This document shows, one piece after another, positions 11,633 to 22,687 of a DNA stretch of 64,000 bases. The notes under the pieces were generated by a model that had not been told where the DNA came from, ran no database searches, and was given only the letters and a program-made list of their open reading frames with translations. Source of the stretch: Mobula birostris (taxonomy: Eukaryota); NCBI RefSeq assembly GCF_030028105.1, contig NC_092386.1, positions 43,206,347-43,270,346 on the forward strand, given 5' to 3'. Both the position numbers and the translations under genes were made by a program. Each line of letters opens with the position of its first letter. The first letter of the stretch is position 1.

Positions 11633-12559
11633 TGTTCACGATATATATTAACGATGTGGAAGAGGGGATGGAGTGTTGTGTATCAAAGCTTGCTGATGAT
11701 ACTAAATTGAGTGGAAAAGCAAATTGTGCAGAAGATACATAGAGTCTGCAGAGAGATATAGATAAGTTCAGTGAGTGGGCAACAGTCTGGCAGATGGAGT
11801 ACAATGTCGGTAAATGTGAGGTCATCCACTTTGGAAGAAAAATGAAAGAGCAGGTTATTATTTAAATGGTAAAAAAATTGCAGCGTGCTGCTGTGCAGAG
11901 GGACTTGGGAGTGCTTGTGCATGAATCACAAAAGTTTGGTTTGCAGGTGTAGCAGTCTATCTAGAAGGCAAATGGAATGTTGGCCTTCGTTGCCAGAGGG
12001 ATTCAATTTAAGAGCAAGGAGGTTATGCTGCAACTGTATAGATGAGGCTGCATCTGGAATACCATGTGCAGTTCTGATCTCCTTACTTGAGGAAGGATAT
12101 ACTGGCTTTGGAGGCAGTGCAGAGGAGGTTCACCAGGTTGATTCCAGAGATGAGGGGATTAGACAATGGGGAGAGATTGAGTTTCCTGGGACTGTACTCA
12201 CTGGAATTCAGAAGGATAAGAGGAAATCTTATACAAACATATAACATTATGAAAGGGCTAGATAAGATAGAGGCAGGAAAGTTGTTTCCACTAGTAGATG
12301 AGACTAGAACTAGGGGACATAGCCTCAAAATTCGGAGAACGGAGATGAGGAGGAAATGCTCTTCCCAAAGAGTGGTGAATCTGTGAAATTCTCTGCCCAG
12401 TGAAGCAGTGGAAGCTACCTCAGTAGATGTATTTAAGACAAGGTTAAATAGATTTTTGCATAGTAGAGGAATTAAGGATTATGGGGAAAAGGCAGGTAGG
12501 TGGAGATGAGTCCATGGCCAGAGCAGCCATGATCTTATTGAATGGCGGAGCAGACTCAA
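11633..12559 (+). mobile_element. 5'-truncated CR1 LINE (RT C-terminus and 3' UTR)
   Basis: SKLADDTKL; RKDILALEAVQRRFTRLIPEMRGL...LYSLEFRR. Confidence 0.9.
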
Positions 12560-12857
12560 TAAATATTCTTATGTTAAAGTAATTCTTTAATGTTTTGTGC
12601 TCTACTACTGCCATAGAACAACATATTCCACAACACACTGTAGTCAATGATAATAACCCATATTCTGAGATTGTAGATAGACTCACAGGAAGGTAGGTGT
12701 AGCTGTAGCCCCAATGTATTAGGCAGATACTGCTAAAGTTGCATCATGATGCATCAGAGAAGGCACAGTCTGATCATAATCCTCTGGCAGGACTTGTGGG
12801 GGCCAAGAATGGGAAAAGACATAGAGAAAATCTGGGAATGTGGGGAACCAGCCCCAT

Positions 12858-13135
12858 GAGTTAAAAGGAGCACAGGAAATGGGGTCCCAGTAAGTTTAAA
12901 GGGAACACAGGAAAGGTAACATTGTGTTTAAAGTGAGCACAGGAAGCGGGGTCCTGATAAGTCCAAAGGCAGCACAGGAAACAGGGACCCAGTGTGTTTA
13001 AAGGGAATTCAGGAAACATAGCCTGATGTGAGAAGCAAAGCCCTGGTGAGTTTGAAGGGAGTGTGGGAACCAAATCCAGGTGAGTTAAGGTACCTCGGGA
13101 AATGGGACTGCAGTGAGTTTAAAGGAGATGTGGGT
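12858..13135. repeat. Degenerate ~33-35 bp minisatellite
   Basis: About 8 imperfect units of gagtttaaagggarcacaggaaaNgggNcccagt. Confidence 0.75.
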
Positions 13136-13139
13136 AGAA

Positions 13140-13680
13140 ATCACCAACAGGTACTAAAACTTCACTTGGCTGGCAGTGAGAGGGTCGTCCCCATTTGATC
13201 CTTTCTAGTCACAGGCTCACCCCAGATGCTAACTATTCTGTTAGAGGATTCTAAGGTGGCTGCAAAGACCAATCTGGGATCTGGGCAAGCGTAAGTGGTG
13301 GCTATAGTTCGTGGTAGGGTCTATCACTGGTGCAGTGTTTCCTTTCAAAGCAGAGGTTGTTCTCCTACAGCACAGCTCCTTCTTGAATAGATTTTCTCCA
13401 GGTACGTCTACTGAGTGCAATGTCTTCCCAGTTTTTAGATGTACTGTTGAATTTCTTCAGGCCAATTTTGATGTTATCTTTGAAGTTTTCCCTTTGCCCT
13501 CCAGGGGCTCACTGACCTTCCTTCAACTGGGAGTAAAGGATCTGTTTGGAGAGACGCAAGTTAGGCATCCGATGACATGCCTTACACGTTATAGTTGGGG
13601 TTGCTTTATCATGGTGGAAATGCTGTTCATGCTGCCCTCCTCCAGTACACCGGAGTGCAGCGTTTGTACTTCTTGTGTAT
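13140..13680 (-). mobile_element. RTE-clade LINE 3' fragment
   Basis: Minus-strand HVIxMPNLRLSKQILYSQLKEGQ*APGGQRENFKDNIK..NWEDIALSRRTWRK, the typical RTE ORF C-terminus. Confidence 0.75.
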
Positions 13681-13940
13681 TTTTTTGAATGAAGTTCAGT
13701 ATTGAAATAAATAAAACATCATTCAACATGTCAGCTGCCAAAACATTACAATTTCTGGGTAATGGATTATTAGCATTTTACTGTTTAACTGCTAAAAATC
13801 ATTTAATATATAGAATAAATAACATTTTCCCAGATGTTTGTTTAATCTTCCACCCTATCTAAATCATAGCTATTGATTGATATTGCATTTAATTAATTTC
13901 CAATGAAGGTTATCAGAAACCTGTGAGCTAACAAAGCTTG

Positions 13941-14354
13941 GAGGGGTGATTGATCAGTTTGTGGCCTAAGGCAGAAAGAAACAATTCTAGAAAACCTAGC
14001 ACATTTACTTTTCAACATAGTCCCTTTCAACATGGCCTAAGGTAGAAGGAGGTGAATTATTAACTTCAAACTTTCTGCAGAATCACTCAAGGAGTTGAAC
14101 TGCACGTGTATGTAACAAGGGCTGTATAACTCATGTCCTTCTACCTTAGGCCACGAACTTATCAATCACCCCTGCTGTGGACACTTTCTGGAGATCCAAG
14201 ACGCCGACTTCTACAAAGAAGGGATCCGTATGCTCCACGACCGCTGGGCTAATTGTGTAAATGTAGGAGGGGACTATGCTGAAAAATAAATGTGCTAGGT
14301 TTTCTACAATTGACTCCTTCTACCCTAGGCCACAAACTTATCAATCACCCCTGG
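13941..14354 (+). mobile_element. Non-autonomous mariner element with nested internal TIR pair
   Basis: TIR gaggggtgattgat(c/a)agtttgtggccta at 13941 and its inverse ending near 14352; extra TIRs at 14033-14050 and 14137-14172; transposase C-terminus FLEIQDADFYKEGIRMLHDRWANCVNVGGDYAEK* (14185-14289). Confidence 0.85.
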
Positions 14355-15309
14355 TATAAATGCTTTTCATTATTTCACACTCAGGTGTATGTTAACAATC
14401 TAAAATGCTCAAAAATGATGTCCTTGGCACTATAAATGACCAAGAATTTCTCCCTGCCAATAGAAGATTCCCGAATAACCAAAAATTAAGTGTGAGGTTT
14501 AAGTGATAAAATGAGAGAGGACAGGATGTTCATAGTGTACAGAAGTTGGAGAAAGTGCTCAGAGTCCTCATCATTCTTAACTTCATAAGGAAATTGGTGG
14601 TGGTGCTTCAACTGTGTATATGGGCTAGGTTTTGTTGGACCGCGTGATGCATCATAACCAGCACTAACCTGTTGTCATCATGCAGCTCCCAACCATCTCA
14701 AGGCTACACTGCCGCAGCCATTCTGATTACAAGATGAGTATTGAGTAGCAACTAGATGTAAGGTTGCACTAGCTGATACCTTCTCCATATCTGCCATCAC
14801 GCCTCACATTGTCAGAGGGCGCTTTCACTGATGGCAAACTTCAGACACAACTGAACAAAAATCCTTCCTTATTGAAGTAGAAATTATTAATATTGGAAGA
14901 TTTAAATAATAATAAATTCACTGAAAGCCAACTTTTTTGAACATTAATTAAGAAACCAAACAATCACTTTCAGTGAAGTTAATCATCTCCATTTCATCGA
15001 ATAGGGTGGTAATGGATTATTGAGGTAAGGCTAAGTTATTGGACATGAAGTGTACTTGCAGCTCAGTGGCAAGATCAGGGATAGAACACAAAGTAAGATG
15101 TGTCTACATTTGGCCTGCAGCAAGTTCTGTATTTCCACAGCAATGTCCGGGTTGCACTGACATGCACACTGCTGCTTAACAACAGTTACCTACGGGCCCA
15201 TTGGCTTGATGACAACATGTTCCAATTGGAAGTCAAGTGTGCCTGCTCTTTGATTCTATTAATGTTCAACCAAGGGTGGTATAATTCATCAAAAAATAAA
15301 ATTAAAAGT

Positions 15310-15457
15310 TTCAGAAATCTGAAACAAAAACAAGATGCAGAACGAATCTGATGAAAAGTTGTTGACTCAACACATAATGAACTCTATTTCTCTCTCCTCA
15401 GATGCTGCCTTTGCATATTGATAACATTTTCTGTTTTTATATCTGAACTAATGCAGC
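15310..15457. mobile_element. Highly decayed PLE pLTR-derived element
   Basis: tCTGATGAaaag..., gatgctgcct, cattttctgtttttat, with an inverted aaatctgaaacaaaaaca segment at left. Confidence 0.4.
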
Positions 15458-15469
15458 TTAAAAAGTTTT

Positions 15470-16261
15470 TGAGTCATAGAGTCATAGAACACCACAGCAC
15501 AGAAACAGGTCCATTGTAAGTATTTCTGCTGGGGTCCCTGCAATTTGTGCACTTGCCTCCCACAAGGTCCGAGGGAACACCTTGTCAGGCCCCGGGGTTT
15601 TATCCACCTTAATTAGCACCTTCTCCTCTGTATTCTGTATACGGTCCATGACCTCACTGCTGTGTTGCCTCACTTCTATAGAGGCTGTATCCACCTCCTG
15701 AGTAAATACAGAAGCAAAAAATCCATTTAACATATCCCCCATCTTTTTGGCTGAGTGCATAGACCACCACTCTCATCTTCAAGAGGACCAATTTTGCCCC
15801 TTGCTGTGCTTTTGCTCTTAATATATCTGTAGAAGCCCTTGGGATTCCCCTTCACTTTGTCTGCTAGAGCAACCTCATGCATTCTTTTAGCCCTCCTGAT
15901 TTCTTTCTTGTGCTCTGGTGCATTTTGTATGCTCCTCAAGTACCTCACTTGTCCCTTCTTACCTGCACCTGCTCTGCACCTCTTTCTTCTTTTTAACCAG
16001 GGCCCCAATATCTCTTGAAAACCAATATTCCTAAAACTTGTTATCCCTGCCTTTTATTCTGACAGGTAGATCCAAACTCTGTATTCTCAAAAATTTACTT
16101 TTGAAGGTCCCCCATTTACCAAGAACATTTTTGCCAGTAAGCAACCTGTCCAAATGCACACTTGCCAGATCTTTTCTGACACCATCAAAACTGGCCATTC
16201 TCCAACTTAGAATCTCTGCTTGAGAACCAGAACCGTCTTCCATAATTATCTTGAAACTAAT
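15470..16261 (-). mobile_element. CR1 ORF2 fragment
   Basis: GNPKGFYRYIKSK, FFASVFTQE, KVDKTPGPDKVFPR. Confidence 0.85.
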
Positions 16262-17200
16262 CAAAGTTCAACGTACACCATGCACTACTCCAAGATTCAC
16301 TTTCTAGCAGACATTCAGAGTAAATACAAAGAAACTTGACACAAATTAATCAAAAAACACACACACAACGAGGTGAAAAAACAACCAATGAGCAAGAGAC
16401 AACAAACTGTGCAAAAAGATAAAAACAAAATAATACTAATAATAAATTAATAAGCAATAAATATCAAGAGCATGAGAAGAAGAGTCCTTGAAATGGGCTG
16501 GATGGTGGAGGTTCTTGATGGATGCTGCTTTCCTGTGACAGCACTCCTTGTAGATGTACTCAATGGCAGGGAGAGCGTTATCCATGATGGACTGGACTGT
16601 ATCCACTACATTTTTCGGAGGCTTTTCCTTTCAAAAGCATTGGTGTTTCCATACCAGGCCATGGTGCAACCGGTGAGTATACTCTCCACCACACATAGAA
16701 GTTTGTCTGAGTTTTAGGTGACATGCTGACTCTTTGCAAACTTCTAAGGAAGTAGAGGTGCTGCCATGCCTTCTTTGTGATGGCACTTATGTGCTGGTCC
16801 CAGGGCAGATCCTCTGAAGTGGTAATGCCGGGGAATTAAAAGTTACTGACCCCTTCCACCTCTGATTCCCTGATGAGGATTGACTCATGGACCTCTGGCT
16901 TCCACCTCCTATAGTCAATAATCAGCTCCTTGGTCTTGCTGACATTGTGAGAAAGGTTGTTGTTGTAGCACCACTCAGCCAGATTTTCAGTCTCCCTCTT
17001 ATATACTGATTCGTCATCACCTTTGATTTGGCCAATGACAGTGGTGTTCTCACTCATTTAAATATGGCTTCAGAGCTGACCTTGGCCTCTCAGTTATAAG
17101 TAACAAAACGAGTAGAGCGGGGGACCAAGTACGCAGCCTTGTGGTGCACCGGTGCTTATGGTGAAATTAGACGAGATGTTATTGCCAATCTGAACTGTCT
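16262..17200 (-). mobile_element. Rex1/Babar-type LINE 3' part
   Basis: TTVIGQIKGDDESVYKRETENLAEWCYNNNLSHNVSKTKELIIDYRR; 3' UTR shared with 30772 and 55974. Confidence 0.85.
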
Positions 17201-17264
17201 TGGAACTTAAGGCTTAGATTGTGGAGATTAATGGCATTTTGCTGGTGTATATTGCAATTCCTGG

Positions 17265-17460
17265 TTATGCAACCACTGATATCAGGAAGACAATCTCTGA
17301 AGTGTACTGATAATGGCTGGAGACACCAGTCTCATTAAAACACTGACCAGAAAAAGGCAATGGCAAACCACTTCTATAGAAAAAATTTCCAAGAACAATC
17401 ATGGTCATGGAACAAATGATTAGCTCAGGAGTTGGACACAGTCTATAGAACTGAGCCAAG
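17265..17460 (+). mobile_element. SINE fragment with RTE/BovB-like tail
   Basis: aaaggcaatggcaaaccacttct...ccaagaacaatcatgg...ggagttggacac motif. Confidence 0.5.
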
Positions 17461-17479
17461 ACAGCAGTGATGTCGTGCA

Positions 17480-19648
17480 TAGAAGAGGAGCTGCTTTCCA
17501 TCTTAAGGCAAACAAGGGGGGGGATAAGATCCCAGGACTTGACAAGTTATCCCTTTAGGACCTGACAAGTTATCCCTTTGGACCTTGTGGGATGCTAGTG
17601 TAGAAATTGCAGCGGCCCTGGTGGAGGTATTTAAAACTGCCTTAACCACCTTATAACTGCCAAAAGACTAGAGGATAGCTAATATTATTCCATTGTTCAA
17701 GAAAGGCTCTAAAAATTATGTGGGAAAATTATAGGCCAGAAGTAAAATATCAGTAGTGGGTAAGATATTGGTGAGGAACAGGATATATAAGTATTGAGAT
17801 AGACAGGGTCTGGTTGGGGATAGTCAAAATAGTTTTGCACATGGTAGGTTGTGTCTAACCAATCTATTAGAATTTTTCCAGGAGGCTACTAGGAAAGTTG
17901 ATGAAATCAAGGCAGAGGACATTGACTACATAGCCTTTAGCAAGGCCTTTGACATGGTCTCACATGGGAGGTTGGTCAAAAAGGTTAAGTCGCTTGGCAT
18001 TCAGGATGAAACAGCAAATGGGATTCAACATTGGCTTGGCGAGAGAAGCCAAGGAGTGGTAGTAGATAGTTGCCTCTCTGACTGGAGGCACATGTCTAGT
18101 GGTGTGCCGCAGGGATCAATGCTGTATCCGTTGCTGTTTGTCATCTATATCAAAGACCTTGATGATAATATGGTAAACTGGATCAGCAAATTTATGGAAG
18201 ATGCCAAGATTGGGGGTGAAGTGGACAGTGGGGAGGGCTATAAAAGCTTGCAGGGGGATCTGGATTCGCTGGAAAAATGAGCTAAAAAAATGGCAGATGG
18301 AATTTAAGGCAGACAAGCATGAAGTGATGCACTTTGGGAGGACAAACCAGAGTAAAGTTTATGCAATGAATGGTAGAGCACTGAGGATTGTGGTAGAATG
18401 GCTTTTATAAGTCAGAGAATTTAGCATTGGAGTTGGATGTTAGGCTGAAGTCATATCAGACTTTAGTGAGGCTAAATTTGGTGAATTGTGAGCAGTTCTG
18501 GTCACCTATCTACAGGAAAGATATCACTAAGATTGAAAGAGTAAAGAGAAATTTACAAGGATGTTACAGGACTTGAAGACCTGAGTTATGGGGAGAGGGT
18601 GAATAGTTTAGGAACATTTTTCCCTGGAGATTAGGAAAACAAGAAGAGATTTGATAAACATATACAAAATTATTAGGTTTATAAGATAAGATCATAAGAT
18701 ATAGGAGCAGAATTAGGCTGTTTGGCCCATGGAGTCTGCTCCAATATTTCATCATGGCTGATCCATTATTCCTCTCAACCCCAGTCTCCTGCCTTCTCCC
18801 TGTATTCCTTCATGCCTTGACCAGTCAAGAAACTAGCAACCTCTGACTTAAATATCTGTAAAAACTTGGCCTCCATAGCTGTCTGTGGCAACAAATTCCA
18901 TAACTTCACCATCCCCTGACTAAAGAAATTCCTCCTCATCTCCGATCTTAAAGGACACTCTATTCTGAGGTTCTGTCTTCTGGTCCTAGACTTTCCCACC
19001 ATAGGAAACATCCTCTCCAAAGCCCTGTATCAAGACCTTTCAGCATTCGATAAGTTTCAATTAGGTCACCTCTCAATTTAGTGAATACGTCCAGAACCAT
19101 CAAACGCTCTTCATATGACAAGCAGTTCAACCCTGGAATCATTTTTGAACCTCTTTTGAACCCTCTCAGTGTCAGCTCAAAAAAGGGGCCAAAACTGCTC
19201 ACAATACTCCAAGTGAGGCCTCACCAGTGCTTTGGAAAGCCTCAACATTACATCCTTGCTTTTATATTCTAGTCCTCTTGAAATGAATGCTAACATCACA
19301 TCTGGCTTCCCCACCACAGAGAAAAGGTAAATGTCAACAGGCTTTTTCCATTAAGGTTGGGTGAGACTAGAACTAGAATTCATAGCTTAAGGGTGAAAGG
19401 TGAAACATTTAAGGGAAACTGAGTGGATTAGGGTTAACCTCAACAAGGGGAAACGCCTTCACTCAGAAGGTGGCACAGTTGGTGGAAGTGATGGACGCGG
19501 GTTTGATTGCAACATTCAAGAGAAGTACGTGGATGGGAGGGGTACGGGGAGCTACGGTCCAGATGCTGGTCAATGGGAGTAGGCAGAATAACAGTTTGAC
19601 ATGGACCAGGTGGTTCAATGGGCCTGCTTCTGTGCTGTAATGCTGTAC
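17480..19648 (+). mobile_element. CR1 LINE (RT to 3' end) interrupted by an antisense CR1
   Basis: CLTNLLEFFQE..FSKAFDMVSH..SGVPQGSML; resumes at ~19320 and ends in a CR1 tail. Confidence 0.85.
18689..19320 (-). mobile_element. CR1 3' fragment nested in opposite orientation
   Basis: MIPGLNCLSYEERL..RGDLIETYRMLKGLD; 3' UTR at 18689-18800. Confidence 0.85.
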
Positions 19649-19654
19649 GATAGG

Positions 19655-20655
19655 CTCTTGATAAACGCTCAGTGGTGCTCCGATGTGGCAGTTTTGTTGA
19701 ACTCATGTAACCGTGAACACCTGACAGTCAAATGCCACCCGCTTTATTTACCTGGGGAGTTCTCCTCCATATTCCTGACTGCAATATACATCCCAGCAGC
19801 GGCCGACTATAAGCAAGTGCTTGAGATACTGAACGATGCCATCTCTAAACAAGAAACAGTCTGTCCCAATGCATTTCAAATCATAGTCAGGGACTTCAGC
19901 CAGGCTCTTTCAAAGAAAACCCTCTCCGATTACCATCAGTATATAACCTGTAGCATCAGCCCTACACATTAGACCACTGCTATACTAAGATAAGGAATGC
20001 CATCTGTTCCATGTCTAGACCACATTGCTGGAAATCCGAAGACTTGGCTGTCTTTCTTCTACCTGCATACAGAGAGAAGCTAAAGAGCAAAGCTCCAGTG
20101 ATTTTGACAACAAAGAGGTGGTCGTGGAAGGCAGTGGAGCGGCTAAGGATTGCTTCAATGCAGGGGACTGGACCGTGCTCTGGGACTCATCTGCGGATCT
20201 GAATGAATGCACCATGGTTGTCACAAACTTTATTAAAACAGTTGTAAATGAGTGTGTTCCCACAAATCATTCAGAACCTTCCCCAACCAGAAGCCCTGGA
20301 TGAAACATGAGATCCACAAGCTGCTGAGGGCCAGATCAGAGGCATTCAAGTCTGGTGACCAAGAAATTTACAAGAAGTTCAGGTATGCTCTCCAGAAAAC
20401 CATCTCACAGGTGAAGTGGCAATTCTGGACTAAACTTGAATCAATGAAGGATGTTGTGGTAGTGCTTGAATACTATCTTAGGCAGCAACAGTGCTTTGCT
20501 TCCAAATGAGTTTAATACCTTTTATGCTCGCTTTGACTATCAAAACATGGAGGAACCGTCACCAACCTCCACAGCCCCGATGACCATGTGACTTCAGTCT
20601 CTTAGGCCAAGACGTGAACAATCTTCAGGAGGGTACACCCACAAAAGGTATCTGG
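19655..20655 (+). mobile_element. Rex1/Babar LINE APE and linker fragment
   Basis: EHLTVKCHPLYLPGEFSSIFLTAIYIP, VRDFSQA, TFPNQKPWM. Confidence 0.8.
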
Positions 20656-20689
20656 CCTTCGACAGTCGAGTGATCGAGTTCAAGATCCG

Positions 20690-21192
20690 TGAGCTATGAG
20701 GTAGTGCTACAACTCTGTAAAACTCTGGTTAGTACATTGTGTTCAGTTCTTGTTGCCTCATTATAGGAAAGATGTGGAAGTTTTAGAGAGGGCATAGCGG
20801 AGATTTACCAGGAAGCTACCTAGATTAGAGAGCATGTCTTATGAGGATAGCTTGAGCAAGCTGGGGCTTTTCTCTTCTGAATGTAGGAGGGTGACAGATG
20901 ACCTGATAGAGGTGTATCAGATGATAAGAGGCATAGATATAGTGGACAGCCAGGGACCTTTTCTCAGGGCGGAAAGGGCTAATATGAGAGGGCATAATTG
21001 AAGGCAATTGCAGGAAAGTATACCTGCTACAGGTGGTAGTAGAGGGAAATACATTAAGGACATTTAAGAGACTCTTAGACAGGCTCATAGATGAATGAAG
21101 ATGGAGGGCTATGTGGGAGGGAAAGGTTAGATTGATCTTAGAGCAGGTTAAAAGGTTAAAGAGCTTGTACTGTGCTGCTCTGTTCTACGTTC
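20690..21192 (+). mobile_element. CR1/HER1 3' fragment
   Basis: cctcattataggaaagatgtggaa..., tail tgtactgtgctgctctgttctacgttct. Confidence 0.8.
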
Positions 21193-22687
21193 TCCTCTGG
21201 CCCCTGACAACCCAGGGAGAAAAGCCAACAGCTCTTGTTTGCTGCCATGCTCAATGAATGTGCCACTTCTCAGTTCTTTACACCAGATACAAGCTATCTA
21301 CAGGTGAAAAATAGAGCTCATGCATACTAGCTTTTCATCAGCAACATATGATTAATTGTGGAGTGGGTTAATTGTACAAGTGAATACGTCACCTGGGGAT
21401 TGGGAATGAAAAGTCTGTAATTGTAAAGGTTATTCGGATGACCTGTAACAGTGAAATCACATCTGTACATCTGGAGCTGGTGGACACTCACTCACCCATT
21501 TTAGTTTCTGTATAAAATAAGTAACCTACATAAGATGCACTGTGTGTAATTTGTACAAGTAGCTCCGAGTCACAAGGTCAGTTTTCTAACAATTTAAAAG
21601 AGCAAGAGTTAAAAATTCAATAAAGGGGAAGGATGCTATATTAGACCAATCGGGTTGATTTAAAATGATGATGGGTTACATTATCCCTATCAATAATAGT
21701 GCATGGGGAGAAGTGATCGAATGGTATGAGCAATGCAACAGCCAGTTCACGATTTGTTTCTGGCAATAATTAATTTCATGGGCTTGAGATTTCCTAAGTG
21801 TCCCAGTCGGGATTACTACTGCCCCTTTAAAAGCTGCATCTCTTCAAAATCTATTAAGCTGTGGGACCTTGTTTAAAAGTAAATTGATAAAACCTCAGGG
21901 TCATTTCATACCTCACTTATGGTCTGCAGAATGCATTATGAGGCTTGCCACTTATGTCAGGAAGGCCAAATGAACAGTCTGGGGATGAGGTGGTTATTTT
22001 ATTGACAGGTTGGGTTCCTTAGAGATGCCACAAAATATGGCTTTGTCCAGGCCCTATGATTTGTTTGCAATTAAATTTAGTGGGAGTGAAAAAAAAAATC
22101 AATAGCAAGGAAGGGAAGCATTAGGAATAACTAATTGTAAGCTGCCGTGGGAAAATGGACTGAGTACCTTGCCCTCCAATTTTTCAGATATTCCCGAAAC
22201 ACTCTTCTGTTCAGTGGCAACATCAATGTCAGTATGTGAAGTGTTGAAATGATTATGGGCAAAGGTGAGCAATTCAGGCCTCATGTACAATCCTTGGAAA
22301 TTTATTTCCACATCACACGTGTTGCTTCTAATGGGTAATTAGAGTGCGTGTTATGTTGCACACATTGCCAGTGAGTGGATTATCTCGTTTTTAAAAGAAA
22401 GGGAAACTAACAAATGGAGCCAACCATTCTGCTCCTTTAGGCCCCTCTCCTTTCTCTTAGATAATGACTGATATTTCATTCTGTCTGCGGTCCGGAATGA
22501 TCACAATGAAAATGCTGCGGGATGCTGCTGTAAAAGCCATTACACTTCATGAAGACCGAATTTCAGAAGCAGAGTAAAACAAAGAACCGTTTCTATATTG
22601 CACATCACGTGACACCAACTAAAAGCAACTTTCTAACCCCTCGGTTTCCAGTGAGTAAAGAAAAATGGAAAGGTGCTTGATTAAGCT

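Noticed and set aside
12858-13135. CRISPR-like repeat-spacer array
   Set aside because: Vertebrate context, degenerate repeats, variable parts short and related to each other, no cas genes
17535-17585. 23-bp tandem duplication in CR1
   Set aside because: Ordinary slippage duplication in a dead LINE
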